A stretch of 64,000 nucleotides of DNA. It comes from Clostridiaceae bacterium. GTDB taxonomy: Bacteria > Bacillota > Clostridia > Lachnospirales > Lachnospiraceae. Shown here piece after piece: positions 8,076 to 18,627 of this stretch. Made by a program: the position numbers and the translations under genes. The stretch lies in assembly GCA_021200535.1 (NCBI GenBank), contig JAJQGL010000114.1:1171-65170 (forward strand), given 5' to 3'. Numbering within the stretch: position 1 is the first letter of the stretch; each line of letters opens with the position of its first letter. Below the pieces are notes generated by a model. It made no database searches. It was not told where the DNA came from and saw only the letters and a program-made list of their open reading frames with translations.

Positions 8076-9512
8076 TCAGCAGTTTTCGCCTTTCATAGCC
8101 AGCTGCAGCTTTTTCTGGTAATTTGTATCCAGCTTCAATGTGGAGCGGTCTTTCAAAGACTCATATACCTTCGGCGTCATAATGCTCTGGTACGCCGGAC
8201 GGATAATTTTGTCCACATTGATCAGTTCTTCCAGACGATGCGCACTCCAACCGACAATTCTCGCCATGGCAAAGATCGGAGTAAACAGCTCTCTTGGAAT
8301 CCCCAGCATATTATACACAAATCCGCTGTAGAAGTCTACATTTGCACTGACACCTTTATAAATTGCACATTCCTCGCCAATTACCTCCGGTGCCAGACGT
8401 TCAATCATAGAATACAGCTCAAACTCTTTTTTCTCGTGCTTTTCGTTCGCAAGAAGCTCAACAAACCGTTTAAATATCACTGCCCTCGGATCAGAAATCG
8501 AATATACTGCATGCCCCATCCCATAGATCAGGCCTCTCTTGTCAAACGCCTCCTTGCGCACGAGCTTACGAAGATAATCCCTCACCTGATCCTCATCTGT
8601 CGTATCCGATACATTCTGTTTCAAATCATGGATCATCTCAACTACTTTAATGTTAGCTCCGCCATGCTTCGGTCCTTTCAGGGAAGACAGCGCTGCAGCA
8701 ATAACAGAATATGTGTCTGAACCGGCAGAAGTAACCACACGGGTTGTAAAGGTAGAATTATTTCCGCCTCCATGCTCCATATGAAGTACCAGCGCCAGAT
8801 CAAGAACTTTCGCTTCCACATCCGTGTATTCTTTGTCCGGGCGAAGCATGCGCAGAATATTTTCCGCCGGGGACAATTCGTCCAGCGGACGGTGAATATA
8901 AAAGCTTTCATCGCATTCATAGTGGTTGTATGCATGATAACCGTATACCGCAAGCATCGGGAATACACTGATCAGCATAATACACTGTGAAAGCACATTT
9001 TCCAAAGAATTATCTGTCACCTTGTCATCATATGACGCTAAAGTCAATACACTTTTGGTCAGGGAATTCATGATATCCTTGCTCGGCGCTTTCATAATAA
9101 CGTCCCTGACAAAGTTGGTTGGCAATCTCCGGTTTCTGCCTAACACCTTAGAAAACTCCTGCAGCTCCTCTTTTGTCGGCAGCTCGCCAAACAGCAAAAG
9201 ATATGCCGCCTCTTCAAACCCAAAACGGTTGTCAGTGCGAAAACCTGCTGTCAGGTCAAAAATATTGTACCCTCTGTAATACAGCTGTCCCTCACACGGA
9301 ATCACTTTTCCATCCTTTGTGTCGCTCGCCTTGATCAGGGAAATATTTGTAATGCCAGACAAAACGCCTTTCCCATTTTTATCGCGGAGCCCGCGCTTAA
9401 CGCCGTATTCATCAAAAAGCGATGCATCAATCTGATTGTTTTCTACACATACCTTTGTGTATCTGTTGGCATAATCCGCCATCATTTTTTCGAAATTTTC
9501 ACTCATAATCAC
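8076..9512 (-). CDS. gltA: Citrate synthase (citrate/2-methylcitrate synthase family)
   Basis: GQLYYRGY, HMEHGGGNNSTF, GPKHGGAN, GMGHAVY, ANVDFYSG, IFAMARIVGWSAH, IIRP. Confidence 0.95.
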   Translation of the reverse strand: MIMSENFEKMMADYANRYTKVCVENNQIDASLFDEYGVKRGLRDKNGKGVLSGITNISLIKASDTKDGKVIPCEGQLYYRGYNIFDLTAGFRTDNRFGFEEAAYLLLFGELPTKEELQEFSKVLGRNRRLPTNFVRDVIMKAPSKDIMNSLTKSVLTLASYDDKVTDNSLENVLSQCIMLISVFPMLAVYGYHAYNHYECDESFYIHRPLDELSPAENILRMLRPDKEYTDVEAKVLDLALVLHMEHGGGNNSTFTTRVVTSAGSDTYSVIAAALSSLKGPKHGGANIKVVEMIHDLKQNVSDTTDEDQVRDYLRKLVRKEAFDKRGLIYGMGHAVYSISDPRAVIFKRFVELLANEKHEKKEFELYSMIERLAPEVIGEECAIYKGVSANVDFYSGFVYNMLGIPRELFTPIFAMARIVGWSAHRLEELINVDKIIRPAYQSIMTPKVYESLKDRSTLKLDTNYQKKLQLAMKGENC

Positions 9513-9527
9513 ATAACCCTCCTTATT

Positions 9528-10013
9528 TTACAGTTTCCCCTGTTCCTGTTCAAAACATCCGTCACGCAAAACCGCAGAAATATTCCGGCTCAGCTTTGTG
9601 GCAATATCGCCCAGCACTGCAGTCTGTTCTTCCGTAACTCCCTGAAACAAAGCCCTCATCATCTTTTGCCGCTGTGTGTGAACCGCCTGTATAATCGGCA
9701 GCGCTTCCTCCTCAATGATCAAATGGATATAACGCCTGTCATTTTTCATGTGTTTTGTAGAAAGAAAGCCCCGATCAATTAATTTCTCCAGTGATTTTGA
9801 TACATAGGATTTCGTCAAATAGCGCTCCGAAACAATATCCTTCGCCGTATCAAACCGTTTGTGCTCATATAAAAACAAAAGCACCCTGACATCTACCATA
9901 TTGAGATTATATTTCTTTAATACCACACTGCAAAAATGTTCCTGAAATTTTTTGTATACCTGACCGTTCAGCAACAAATCAAGACTGTCGTCCAACTCCT
10001 CACTTCCTTCCAT
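9528..10013 (-). CDS. MarR-family transcriptional regulator
   Basis: Winged HTH (TKSYVSKSLEKLIDRGFL...NDRRYIHL), directly upstream of citrate synthase. Confidence 0.88.
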   Translation of the reverse strand: MEGSEELDDSLDLLLNGQVYKKFQEHFCSVVLKKYNLNMVDVRVLLFLYEHKRFDTAKDIVSERYLTKSYVSKSLEKLIDRGFLSTKHMKNDRRYIHLIIEEEALPIIQAVHTQRQKMMRALFQGVTEEQTAVLGDIATKLSRNISAVLRDGCFEQEQGKL

Positions 10014-10086
10014 CCACAGCCGTACCAGCCTGTTTCCTGAATCCCTCCGTCAATTAGTATCTTTTTGAACGGTTCACAATGAAACT

Positions 10087-10115
10087 ATTATACCGTGGGA
10101 GCCTGTTTTTGTCAA
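10087..10115 (-). promoter_or_regulatory. Consensus sigma-A promoter for the MarR-citrate synthase unit
   Basis: Minus strand reads TTGACA-17 nt-TATAAT, an exact consensus. Confidence 0.85.
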
Positions 10116-10331
10116 ATTCCGGTCCTTTTATTCGAGGTGCCGGACAAAATTTTTTCATACATCCGGTTTTGCAGACAGGCACTGGCAGTTCTATCTTAAA
10201 TATGATATTATTATAATTTAAAGAGAACTTATTTTCTGAAAAGCTTTGACAAGCAAAAAGATTCCAGTACCAGTACATCAAAAATTAAGTCTTTGATAGT
10301 ATGACTTGCCAATTACTTAATATTCGATGTA

Positions 10332-10497
10332 CTAGTATAGCGGTTTCTTAATAACTGGACTTTTTACGCTGAATGTTTTTATCAGAGTGCTGCTCAAAAA
10401 ACGCAGGCGTAGCGGGCTGCGCTGAGGATTTTTGAGCAGTGCTGTCGTGAAAACAGGCAAGTAATAAAGTGTAGTTAATTAAAAAACGCTATACTAG
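10332..10497. mobile_element. 166-bp end-to-end imperfect palindrome bounded by CTAG (MITE/REPIN-like, non-autonomous)
   Basis: Perfect 11-bp terminal inverted repeats CTAGTATAGCG/CGCTATACTAG. Inner TGCTCAAAAA/TTTTTGAGCA and apex CGCAG-GCGTAGCGGG-CTGCG, with partial pairing between them. Mobility is inferred. Confidence 0.55.
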
Positions 10498-10529
10498 CAT
10501 CTGTAAATGAAGAAATTAGGGGGATAGCT

Positions 10530-11444
10530 ATGTTTTCAAAAGAAATATTACAGGATATTGTAGGCGAAATGACACGAAATTATCAGCAGGATGCATTTTT
10601 TACATCCCATGCCGGAAAACAAATGCCAAATCGAAATACGATGATCCATATTATACTTGGAATCCGGCAAATTTTATTTCCCGGATTTTTTGATGAGGAA
10701 AACCTGAGCCGGACGATACCGGATTATTTTTTAGGACACAATGTAACAAGGCTGTATGAGAGCTTATCCGGGCAGATCTTAGCAGCTCTTTCCCACACTG
10801 CGGACAGCTCTTCCGGCGATACCGCGCTTACAGAGAAAGCAGAGCAGATCTGCACCAGCTTTTTTTCCTCTCTGCCATCCATACAGTCTCTGCTTTTAAA
10901 AGATGTATCTGCTGCCTATAACGGCGATCCGGCAGCACACTCAAAAGAAGAAATCGTTTTCTGCTATCCTGGTTTTTTTGCGATTTTTGTTTATCGCCTT
11001 GCGCATCAATTATATCAGTTAAATGTTCCGTTTCTCCCGAGAATTATGACAGAATACGCCCATGACCACAGCGGGGTGGATATCAATCCCGGAGCAGTCA
11101 TAGGCGAACATTTTTTCATTGACCACGGAACCGGCGTAGTAATCGGCGAAACCACGGAAATCGGCAACAATGTTAAAATTTATCAGGGAGTGACGCTGGG
11201 CGCTCTCTCTACACGCAGCGGACAGCTTTTACGCGACGTAAAACGCCACCCGACGATCGAAGACAATGTAACCGTATATTCCAATGCCTCCATACTGGGC
11301 GGTGAAACCGTTGTTGGAAAAGGCTCTGTAATTGGCGGTAACTGTTTTATTACAGAATCTGTTCCGGCAGGTTCCCGTGTAAGCATAAAAAACCCGGAGC
11401 TGACGATCACCGAGAAGAAAAAGACTGGCGACCTGTTTGATTAG
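10530..11444 (+). CDS. cysE: Serine O-acetyltransferase (EpsC/CysE type)
   Basis: GDPAAHSKEEIVFCYPG, VDINPGAVIG, FIDHGTGVVIGET, IYQGVTLGA, KRHPTIEDNV. Confidence 0.93.
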   Translation: MFSKEILQDIVGEMTRNYQQDAFFTSHAGKQMPNRNTMIHIILGIRQILFPGFFDEENLSRTIPDYFLGHNVTRLYESLSGQILAALSHTADSSSGDTALTEKAEQICTSFFSSLPSIQSLLLKDVSAAYNGDPAAHSKEEIVFCYPGFFAIFVYRLAHQLYQLNVPFLPRIMTEYAHDHSGVDINPGAVIGEHFFIDHGTGVVIGETTEIGNNVKIYQGVTLGALSTRSGQLLRDVKRHPTIEDNVTVYSNASILGGETVVGKGSVIGGNCFITESVPAGSRVSIKNPELTITEKKKTGDLFD

Positions 11445-11481
11445 CTCCGGGCTCCGTATGATACTTTTTTAATATTTGTTT

Positions 11482-13389
11482 TTAATATTTACTGTAACTG
11501 TTGTCCTCCAGCGAAATGATCTGCTCATTTGCCTCACTGTTCGTAACCGACACAAAATCAGATGCATCCGGTATGGTATATCCCGTGTTTGCGGTATCCG
11601 TACTGCCTGCACGGTAACCAAAGGAGTCCTGCTGCCGAGAAGAATCCATACTCTGTGTTGTATGGATTCCCGAAGCTGCGATGGCTCCTTTGGCCGTTTC
11701 TGCACCGGAAAATCCACGCAGCCTGTATTTCTGAACCAGCTCTTCCAGACCCTTCGCCTGGCCGGAAAGCTGCTCGCTGGCCGCTGCACACTGCTGGCTT
11801 GTCGCTGAATTTGTCTGGACAACCTGTGACACCTGTTCTACCGCAATATCAACCTGCGACAGCCCATTCGCCTGGTTGGCGGATGCCTCTGCAATATCAT
11901 CTAACAGCTTTGCGGTCTTCTCTACTGCACTGACAATTTCAGACAGCTTGTTTTGCGTCCTTTCTGCAAGCTCTGATCCATTCTGTACTTTCTGTATGGA
12001 ATCTTCAATCATTTCCGCCGTCTCACTGGCCGCCGCTGCACTTTTTTCAGCCAGGCTGCGCACTTCCTCTGCAACAACAGCAAAACCTTTTCCGTGTTCT
12101 CCTGCCCTCGCTGCCTCCACAGCTGCATTCAGCGCTAAAATATTGGTCTGAAATGCAATGTCATCAATCGTCTTAATAATCTTAAAGATATTTTCAGAAG
12201 ATTCGTTAATCTCTCCCATCGCCGCAACCATATTATCCATTTCCTGGCTGCCTGCCGCTGCGTTATCTTTTGTCTCACGCACCAGGTTATCCGCCTCTTT
12301 TGCAAACTCTGCATTTGCCTTGGTCTGTTTTGTGATATCATCCAGAGACGCCGTCAGCTGCTCCAGTGAGCTTGCCTGCTGCGTGGAACCCTGTGCCAGA
12401 GACTGGCTGGCAATCGCAATCTGTGCGGAACCGGATTTTACCTGTGCAGCCGCCTCCCTGATATTGGTCATCGTAATATTATTTTCATCAACAAGCAGTT
12501 TAATGGAATTGCCCAATACATCCTCTTCGGATTCCGGATTTACCAGCATAGACAAATCACCGTCTGAAACCTGTTCTGCAATTCTGGCAGCTCTCATATT
12601 TTTGGCCGCCAATGCATTGACTGCATCCGTCAGAACGCCAATCTCATCATTGTTGACTTTCTCTGCCTTCACGTTGATATCACCCTTCGAAAGCTTTTTC
12701 ACCGTATCCACAAGAGAATACATTGGTTTTACAATACTGCGTACAGTCACAATACAAAATGCAATTATAAGAACTGCCAGCACTACAAGAAATATTGTAG
12801 ATCTGATATCATTGGCACTCTGGCTTGCAAAAGCGTCCTCCGCCTCTGTCTCTGACAGGCCGGTACATTTCTCAAGCATCTCTTCAATCTGGTCATTGGT
12901 TTGTGAAATGACCTGCTGATATTCCGAATTATATGCCTCCAAAGCTTCCGAACGCTTATTGGACTGAAGCAGCGCTACAACATTGCCCGCGGCATCTTTC
13001 CCCAGGTCAAGGTTTTCCGTGATCTCCTCAAAATCACTTTTCAGGTCTGCATCACTGATAGCATCCTGAATAATTCCGATATATTTTTCCAACTGTGCAG
13101 AAGTCTCTTCAATTTCAGTCTCATTCTGAGCCGCCTCTTCCTCTGTAACAGATTCCGTCAGAAGCAGCGAGGCAAGCTTGTTCTGCGACTGCGCATATGT
13201 CGTATTTAACCTTGCCAGATTTATGCTGACGACATCATACTGGCTAATCACAGTCTGATATTGATTCCGCACAGCAACCCCCTGCTGGTTACGGTATGCA
13301 AAAAACAAAAACACCATCAAAATAACTAAAATAAATGTACCATATATTCTTGCGCTGATTTTAATATTTTTTAACATATTTCCCTCCAT
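11482..13389 (-). CDS. Methyl-accepting chemotaxis protein (TM-helical sensor-TM-HAMP-signalling)
   Basis: Two TM helices, HAMP (NDEIGVL), hairpin tip [37 protein letters not shown]. The C-terminus ends SYSKY. Confidence 0.95.
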   Translation of the reverse strand: MEGNMLKNIKISARIYGTFILVILMVFLFFAYRNQQGVAVRNQYQTVISQYDVVSINLARLNTTYAQSQNKLASLLLTESVTEEEAAQNETEIEETSAQLEKYIGIIQDAISDADLKSDFEEITENLDLGKDAAGNVVALLQSNKRSEALEAYNSEYQQVISQTNDQIEEMLEKCTGLSETEAEDAFASQSANDIRSTIFLVVLAVLIIAFCIVTVRSIVKPMYSLVDTVKKLSKGDINVKAEKVNNDEIGVLTDAVNALAAKNMRAARIAEQVSDGDLSMLVNPESEEDVLGNSIKLLVDENNITMTNIREAAAQVKSGSAQIAIASQSLAQGSTQQASSLEQLTASLDDITKQTKANAEFAKEADNLVRETKDNAAAGSQEMDNMVAAMGEINESSENIFKIIKTIDDIAFQTNILALNAAVEAARAGEHGKGFAVVAEEVRSLAEKSAAAASETAEMIEDSIQKVQNGSELAERTQNKLSEIVSAVEKTAKLLDDIAEASANQANGLSQVDIAVEQVSQVVQTNSATSQQCAAASEQLSGQAKGLEELVQKYRLRGFSGAETAKGAIAASGIHTTQSMDSSRQQDSFGYRAGSTDTANTGYTIPDASDFVSVTNSEANEQIISLEDNSYSKY

Positions 13390-13418
13390 TCCGAAGCGAT
13401 TCCAAAAGTAACGTGTAT

Positions 13419-13937
13419 TTATTCTGCCGCCTGTTCCTGCTCTTCCTGCGGATCATGCAGCAATTTATAGGGATCCAGTAACAGTTTTACCTCTTCTCCC
13501 TCCCGGCCGATCCCAAAGACATATTTCCGTGCCTGGGCAGTCAGATTGCTGACACTTGGCGGCGGCAGAATCTCATCTCTGGCAATATTCACAACACCCT
13601 CTATCCCATCGACAATCAGCCCGACTACCTCGTCCTGGAGCTGAATGACGATCACACTGGTACGGTCGTTGTACTCTAACGGTTCTTTTCCAAAGCGGAT
13701 TCTTACATCCACAATCGGTATCACCTTGCCCCGCAGATTGATCAGTCCCATAATATAATCTTCTGTTTCCGGTATGCTTGTGTACTGCCCCAGCCCTATA
13801 ATCTCATTTACATTTTCCAATGAAAGGCCATAAATCTCATCACAGCACCGAAATGTCATATACTGTTGTTTCTGTTCCGGCTGTTCATTCTCATCATTCA
13901 AAACCTGTACTTTTTCTTCTTCCATAGCCACCTCCAA
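13419..13937 (-). CDS. cheW: Chemotaxis coupling protein CheW
   Basis: [34 protein letters not shown]. Confidence 0.95.
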   Translation of the reverse strand: MEVAMEEEKVQVLNDENEQPEQKQQYMTFRCCDEIYGLSLENVNEIIGLGQYTSIPETEDYIMGLINLRGKVIPIVDVRIRFGKEPLEYNDRTSVIVIQLQDEVVGLIVDGIEGVVNIARDEILPPPSVSNLTAQARKYVFGIGREGEEVKLLLDPYKLLHDPQEEQEQAAE

Positions 13938-13944
13938 TTAACCA

Positions 13945-16119
13945 TTACTTCAGCAAATCACCTGTATCCAATATCAGGCTGATGCTTCCGTCACCCAGCT
14001 GGGTGCAGCCCGAAATCCCTTTCACCTTTTTGATATAAGCAGGAATCGGTTTTACTACAATCTCCTGCTCGCCAATTAACTCATCTGCAAAAATGGCAAT
14101 CTGGCGCTCTTCATGGCTCAGGATAATTACAATTCCCTCTTCGATATTTTCCTTGCCATTTTTCAGGTGATAATAACGGTTTAAGCGGATTAACGGATAA
14201 CATTCCTCCCGAATCATAACGTATTCTTCACCGTCCGGTTCAACAATAAGCTGTTTGCTGCTGACACGGATAAATTCTTTGACGGAATTGGTTGCTGTCA
14301 CGAAACTGGTTCCCGATACAGAGAAAATCATGCCGTCGCTGATAGCAAGCGTCAGCGGGATTTTCATTGTCATCGTAGAGCCTGCGCCCTCCTCACTCTC
14401 AATGTCAAGTACGCCGCCGACATCCTGAATGTTTTTCACAACAACGTCCATGCCAACGCCCCTTCCGGAATACTCTGTAACCTGTTTTTTGGTAGAAAAG
14501 CCCGGAAGCGTTATAAAATTAAAAATTTCCTTTTCGGTAAAATCCTTTTCGGAACGATTTCCCAAAAGCCCGTTTGCTTTTGCCTTTTCTAAGATATCGG
14601 CCTTTCTCAGGCCCTTGCCATTATCTGACACACTAATCCATACCTGTCCGCCTTCATTTTTGGCTTCTAAGGTAATTTTGCCTTTTTCTAATTTGCCAAG
14701 CTCTGCCCTTTTTTCGTTGCTCTCAATTCCATGGTCAACCGAGTTTCGAATCAGGTGCATCAGCGGATCCGAGATATGCTCAATAATATTCTTATCTACC
14801 TCCGTATCCTCGCCAATTACCTCAAGCTCAATATCCTTCCCCAGCTTTTTCGAGGTATCGTACACGATACGGTTCATCTTTTGAAATGTGTTTTTCAATG
14901 GCATCATACGCATTGCCATAATCGCATCCTGAAGCTCTGATGTGATTTTTGACAGCTGTGCGGCTGATTTCTGGAAATTGGTAAGATCCAGCCCCGGCAC
15001 CTTTAAATCCGGGTTCTGCAGCACAACCGCCTCGGCAATAACCAGCTCGCCGATCAGATCCATTAAAAGATCCATCTTTTTAATATTAACGCTGATAAAG
15101 CTTTGCGTCTCTCCCTTTTTGGCTGCCGGTTTTTTCTTCGCCGCCGGTTTGGACGCCGGTTTTTCGGGCTGCTTTTCCTCAGAGGCCTTTTCATTACTCT
15201 TTTGGGCTTCCTCTTCATTGGTCAGCGCAATCGCCTGCGGCTTCTGATCTTTCACCAGTATGGTCGGCTGCTCAACTGGTGCTGTCAGCACCTCACCCGC
15301 ACTCGACACCGGGCTTTGCGCCTCCATACAAAATGCAATAAAATCATCGCTGGTGCATTCATGGATTTCCACATTCTCAATCCCTGCACTGGCATTGACA
15401 AGTTCCATAATATGATTGGCATCTTCAACCGTCTGAAGCGCTATGCGGAACCCAAACTCCAGCACGACATTTGCACTGTCCGGATTTGAAATAATATCGG
15501 ATGGGGTAAACAAAATGTCTTCGGCAATCCCCTTTAAGGCATTGACGGCAATATATGCTTTGATATTAGCCATATCGGTGTCATTGGCATATGTAATATA
15601 AATCAGATAAAATTTGCTGTCATCCGATGCTACCGGCGCAATATAATACCGCTGCTTTTCCTGCGGGGCCGGAGCAGGCGCCGCAGGTTTCTCCCCTGCC
15701 TTTGCCTTTCCCCCCTGAATCTTCTTTAAATATTTGTCTAACTGTTCGATCAGATCGTCTGCATTGCCGTCCGTTTCGCTGCCTTCTTTAATTTTTTCCA
15801 GCTCTCCTGTAATAAAGTCAGACACTTCAAAAATATAATCCAGCAGCTCTGCGTGAGGAATTTTTTCCGGTTTGCTCTCCCGGATAAAATAAAATACATC
15901 CTCTAATTTGTGAGACAATGTAGTAATATTCTGATACATCATAACCGCTGACGCGCCTTTGATCGTATGCATGATACGAAAGATTTCATTGACATGGTCA
16001 TCATCAAATTCACCGACGTCCTTACTTTCCAGACAAATGTTTTCCAGATTTTCCAGACCCTGCTCTGTCTCAAAAATAAACATATCAAGCATGCCGTCTG
16101 TAATCATATCGTCTCCCAT
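13945..16119 (-). CDS. cheA: Chemotaxis histidine kinase CheA
   Basis: Hpt IFRIMHTIKG, dimerisation DLLMDLIGELVI, HLIRNSVDHGIE, GRGVGMDVV, C-terminal CheW-like domain. Confidence 0.97.
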   Translation of the reverse strand: MGDDMITDGMLDMFIFETEQGLENLENICLESKDVGEFDDDHVNEIFRIMHTIKGASAVMMYQNITTLSHKLEDVFYFIRESKPEKIPHAELLDYIFEVSDFITGELEKIKEGSETDGNADDLIEQLDKYLKKIQGGKAKAGEKPAAPAPAPQEKQRYYIAPVASDDSKFYLIYITYANDTDMANIKAYIAVNALKGIAEDILFTPSDIISNPDSANVVLEFGFRIALQTVEDANHIMELVNASAGIENVEIHECTSDDFIAFCMEAQSPVSSAGEVLTAPVEQPTILVKDQKPQAIALTNEEEAQKSNEKASEEKQPEKPASKPAAKKKPAAKKGETQSFISVNIKKMDLLMDLIGELVIAEAVVLQNPDLKVPGLDLTNFQKSAAQLSKITSELQDAIMAMRMMPLKNTFQKMNRIVYDTSKKLGKDIELEVIGEDTEVDKNIIEHISDPLMHLIRNSVDHGIESNEKRAELGKLEKGKITLEAKNEGGQVWISVSDNGKGLRKADILEKAKANGLLGNRSEKDFTEKEIFNFITLPGFSTKKQVTEYSGRGVGMDVVVKNIQDVGGVLDIESEEGAGSTMTMKIPLTLAISDGMIFSVSGTSFVTATNSVKEFIRVSSKQLIVEPDGEEYVMIREECYPLIRLNRYYHLKNGKENIEEGIVIILSHEERQIAIFADELIGEQEIVVKPIPAYIKKVKGISGCTQLGDGSISLILDTGDLLK

Positions 16120-16211
16120 AACTTCCTCCTTCCTGTTTTATTACTGTGTCAGTCCGCTAAAATCAATTCGTATTCGCTGTACTGGTACAACGAATCCATG
16201 GTAATTAGCAG

Positions 16212-16604
16212 TTAAATCAGCCCCAGGTTTCTCAGTACCTTTTCAAACTTCACCTGATCAATCGGCTTTCCTGCATAGGCAACACAGCCCAGCTCAAATG
16301 CTTTATTGACGTTTGCCCCCTCGTTAAGCGCAGTCGTCATAATAATCTTTGACTGTTCATCCTCTGGAATATTTCTGGATTCCTCAATATCACGAATCGC
16401 CTTTAACGCCTGATAGCCATCCAGAGTCGGCATCATAATATCCAGGCACACCAAATCATATGGCATGTCTGCATCCAGCGCCATCAAAAAGGCATCCACT
16501 GCCTCCATTCCGTCAACCGTGACATCACATTCGCCATACTTTGAAAGAAATTTTAACATAAATTTTCTGCTGGCAAAATCATCCTCTGCAATTAATATCC
16601 TCAT
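16212..16604 (-). CDS. cheY: Single-domain response regulator (CheY-like)
   Basis: ILIAEDD, LDIMMP, MTTA, AGKPI. GAGG precedes ATG 16604 (the ORF track start at 16709 runs through a repeat element). Confidence 0.8.
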   Translation of the reverse strand: MRILIAEDDFASRKFMLKFLSKYGECDVTVDGMEAVDAFLMALDADMPYDLVCLDIMMPTLDGYQALKAIRDIEESRNIPEDEQSKIIMTTALNEGANVNKAFELGCVAYAGKPIDQVKFEKVLRNLGLI

Positions 16605-16611
16605 ACTGAAC

Positions 16612-16676
16612 CTCATTTCTGCACACATTCTTTGCGCATAACGGACTTGTGTCAAGTGCGCACAGACACAAATCCC
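16612..16676. repeat. REP-like hairpin element, most complete copy of a dispersed family (others at 2646-2690 and 18668-18699)
   Basis: Stem GACTTGTGTC/GACACAAATC with an 11-nt loop. It matches 2646-2688 at 33/43 positions, all mismatches being transitions. Confidence 0.55.
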
Positions 16677-16759
16677 GCGTGTGATGACTTCGTTCCTTTT
16701 GCTGAACAAAAAACTGCTGTTTTACTGCGTTTATAACGATACCAGTCCGTAATTTCCGG

Positions 16760-17818
16760 CTATGGCATTGTATTAAATGTATAATAAATTTTTTCTGAAA
16801 TCTGATGCAGGGGAACCTGATGCTCCACTGCGCCTATGTCATACGCTACCTTTGGCATGCCATACACAACACAGCTTTTTTCATCCTGTCCAATGGTTTT
16901 GGCCCCAGCCTTCCGCATGGCCAGAAGTCCCTTTGCCCCATCTGCGCCCATACCGGTCAGAATCACACCGACTGAGTCACTTGCCGCCGCCTGTGCCACT
17001 GATTGAAATAATACATCCACCGACGGACAATGTCCACTGACTTTCTCTCCTTTTTTCACCTCTACCCGGTAGATACCGCCCTGGCGGACAAGCCGCATCT
17101 GCCTGTCGCCCGGAGCAACTAAAACCTTTCCCGGCTCAACCAGATCACCATCCTGTGCTTCCTTCGCCACAATATTGCACTGATTGTTCAGGCGATCTGC
17201 ATACATTTTTGTAAAACCCGGCGGCATATGCTGTACAATCACCGTGCCGGGGATATCGGGATGAAACCGCTTTACAACATCAAAAATTGCCTCCGTCCCG
17301 CCTGTTGAAGCGCCAATCGCCAGCACCTTGTTCAACAGGGTTCTCCCCCTTGCGTTCATTTTGGGAATGACGGGTTCTTTTTCTGTACTGTTCCTTGCCT
17401 GTCTGACCTGAACCTTTGCTGCAATATGGATTTTCGGTATCAGCTCTTCCTGCAGCCACTGATTCAGATTCTCCCCCTGTTCATCTGACGGTTTACTGAC
17501 AAAATCCACCGCACCCGCGTTCATTGCGTCAAACACTGCGTCATTTAATGAACTTAGCATCACAGTGGGAACCGGATACTGCGGCATAAGCTTTCTCAAA
17601 AAATCGATTCCATTCATCCTCGGCATCTCAATGTCCAGTGTCATAACATCCGGCTCAAACCGCAGAATCATATCCCGCGCCTGAAACGGATCTGCTGCGG
17701 TTGCAACCACATGAATCCCCGGATAGGAATCCAGGCCTTTCGATATCATCTGCCGGTACAAAATAGAATCATCCACTACTAAAACTTTAATTTCTTTCAT
17801 GTCTATTCCCTCTTTCAT
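16760..17818 (-). CDS. cheB: Chemotaxis response regulator protein-glutamate methylesterase CheB
   Basis: Receiver (VVDDS, TLDIEMP) plus GASTGG, VQHMP, HCPSVDVLF and LTGMGADGA. Confidence 0.97.
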   Translation of the reverse strand: MKEGIDMKEIKVLVVDDSILYRQMISKGLDSYPGIHVVATAADPFQARDMILRFEPDVMTLDIEMPRMNGIDFLRKLMPQYPVPTVMLSSLNDAVFDAMNAGAVDFVSKPSDEQGENLNQWLQEELIPKIHIAAKVQVRQARNSTEKEPVIPKMNARGRTLLNKVLAIGASTGGTEAIFDVVKRFHPDIPGTVIVQHMPPGFTKMYADRLNNQCNIVAKEAQDGDLVEPGKVLVAPGDRQMRLVRQGGIYRVEVKKGEKVSGHCPSVDVLFQSVAQAAASDSVGVILTGMGADGAKGLLAMRKAGAKTIGQDEKSCVVYGMPKVAYDIGAVEHQVPLHQISEKIYYTFNTMP

Positions 17819-18627
17819 GCCATTTTTCTGTAGATAGACGGCTGCACATATTGAAACGGTGTAGCTGCCTTATCTATACTCTCTGTCGTTCCTATAAACA
17901 GATAACCTCCTTCTGCCATATGCTGATAGATTCGGTTTAAAAGCTTTGCTTTTGTTTCCTCATCAAAATAGATCATCACATTTCTTAAAAATACAATATG
18001 AAACAATCCCCGGAAGGGAATGTCATCCATAAGGTTAAATTGCCGGAATACAATCTTTTTCCGGATTTCTTCACAAATCTGGTATTCCTCCCGGCTGACT
18101 GCTTTAAAATAGCGCCGCTTCCATGTATCCGGCAGCGGTTCTATCTGCTCCGCCAGATAAACCCCCTTTTTCGCTTTCTGCAAAACTCTTGTAGACACAT
18201 CTGTGGCAAGAATCTGCGTATCCCAGCCGGTTTCCAGCCCGAAAAAGTCTTTTAATACCATTTGTATCGTATAAGGCTCTTCTCCAGTTGATGCCGCCGC
18301 TGACCAGATGCGCACATCCCTCTGCCCCCTGCTCTCCTTTGCTTTAATCCACGGAAGCACAGTTTTATTCATATATTCAAAATGAATAAATTCCCTCATA
18401 AAATAGGTGTGGTTTGTCGTCAATACATTAATCAGGTTTGCAGCCTCTGCTCCTCCAGAATTTTTTTCAACCTGTGTTATATATTCTTCATAACTCTGGA
18501 ATCCCTGACGAAGCAGATAATTTTCCAGCCTTCCGGAAACCAGCACCTTTTTCTGCGATAAGTCAATTCCGTACCGTCCTTTCACATAGCTTACAATATG
18601 ATAAAATTCCTGATCCGATAATATCAT
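17815..18627 (-). CDS. cheR: Chemotaxis methyltransferase CheR
   Basis: LTTNHTYFMRE, RIWSAAASTGEEPYT, ATDVS, FLRNVMIYF, GGYLFIG. Confidence 0.97.
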   Translation of the reverse strand: MILSDQEFYHIVSYVKGRYGIDLSQKKVLVSGRLENYLLRQGFQSYEEYITQVEKNSGGAEAANLINVLTTNHTYFMREFIHFEYMNKTVLPWIKAKESRGQRDVRIWSAAASTGEEPYTIQMVLKDFFGLETGWDTQILATDVSTRVLQKAKKGVYLAEQIEPLPDTWKRRYFKAVSREEYQICEEIRKKIVFRQFNLMDDIPFRGLFHIVFLRNVMIYFDEETKAKLLNRIYQHMAEGGYLFIGTTESIDKAATPFQYVQPSIYRKMA

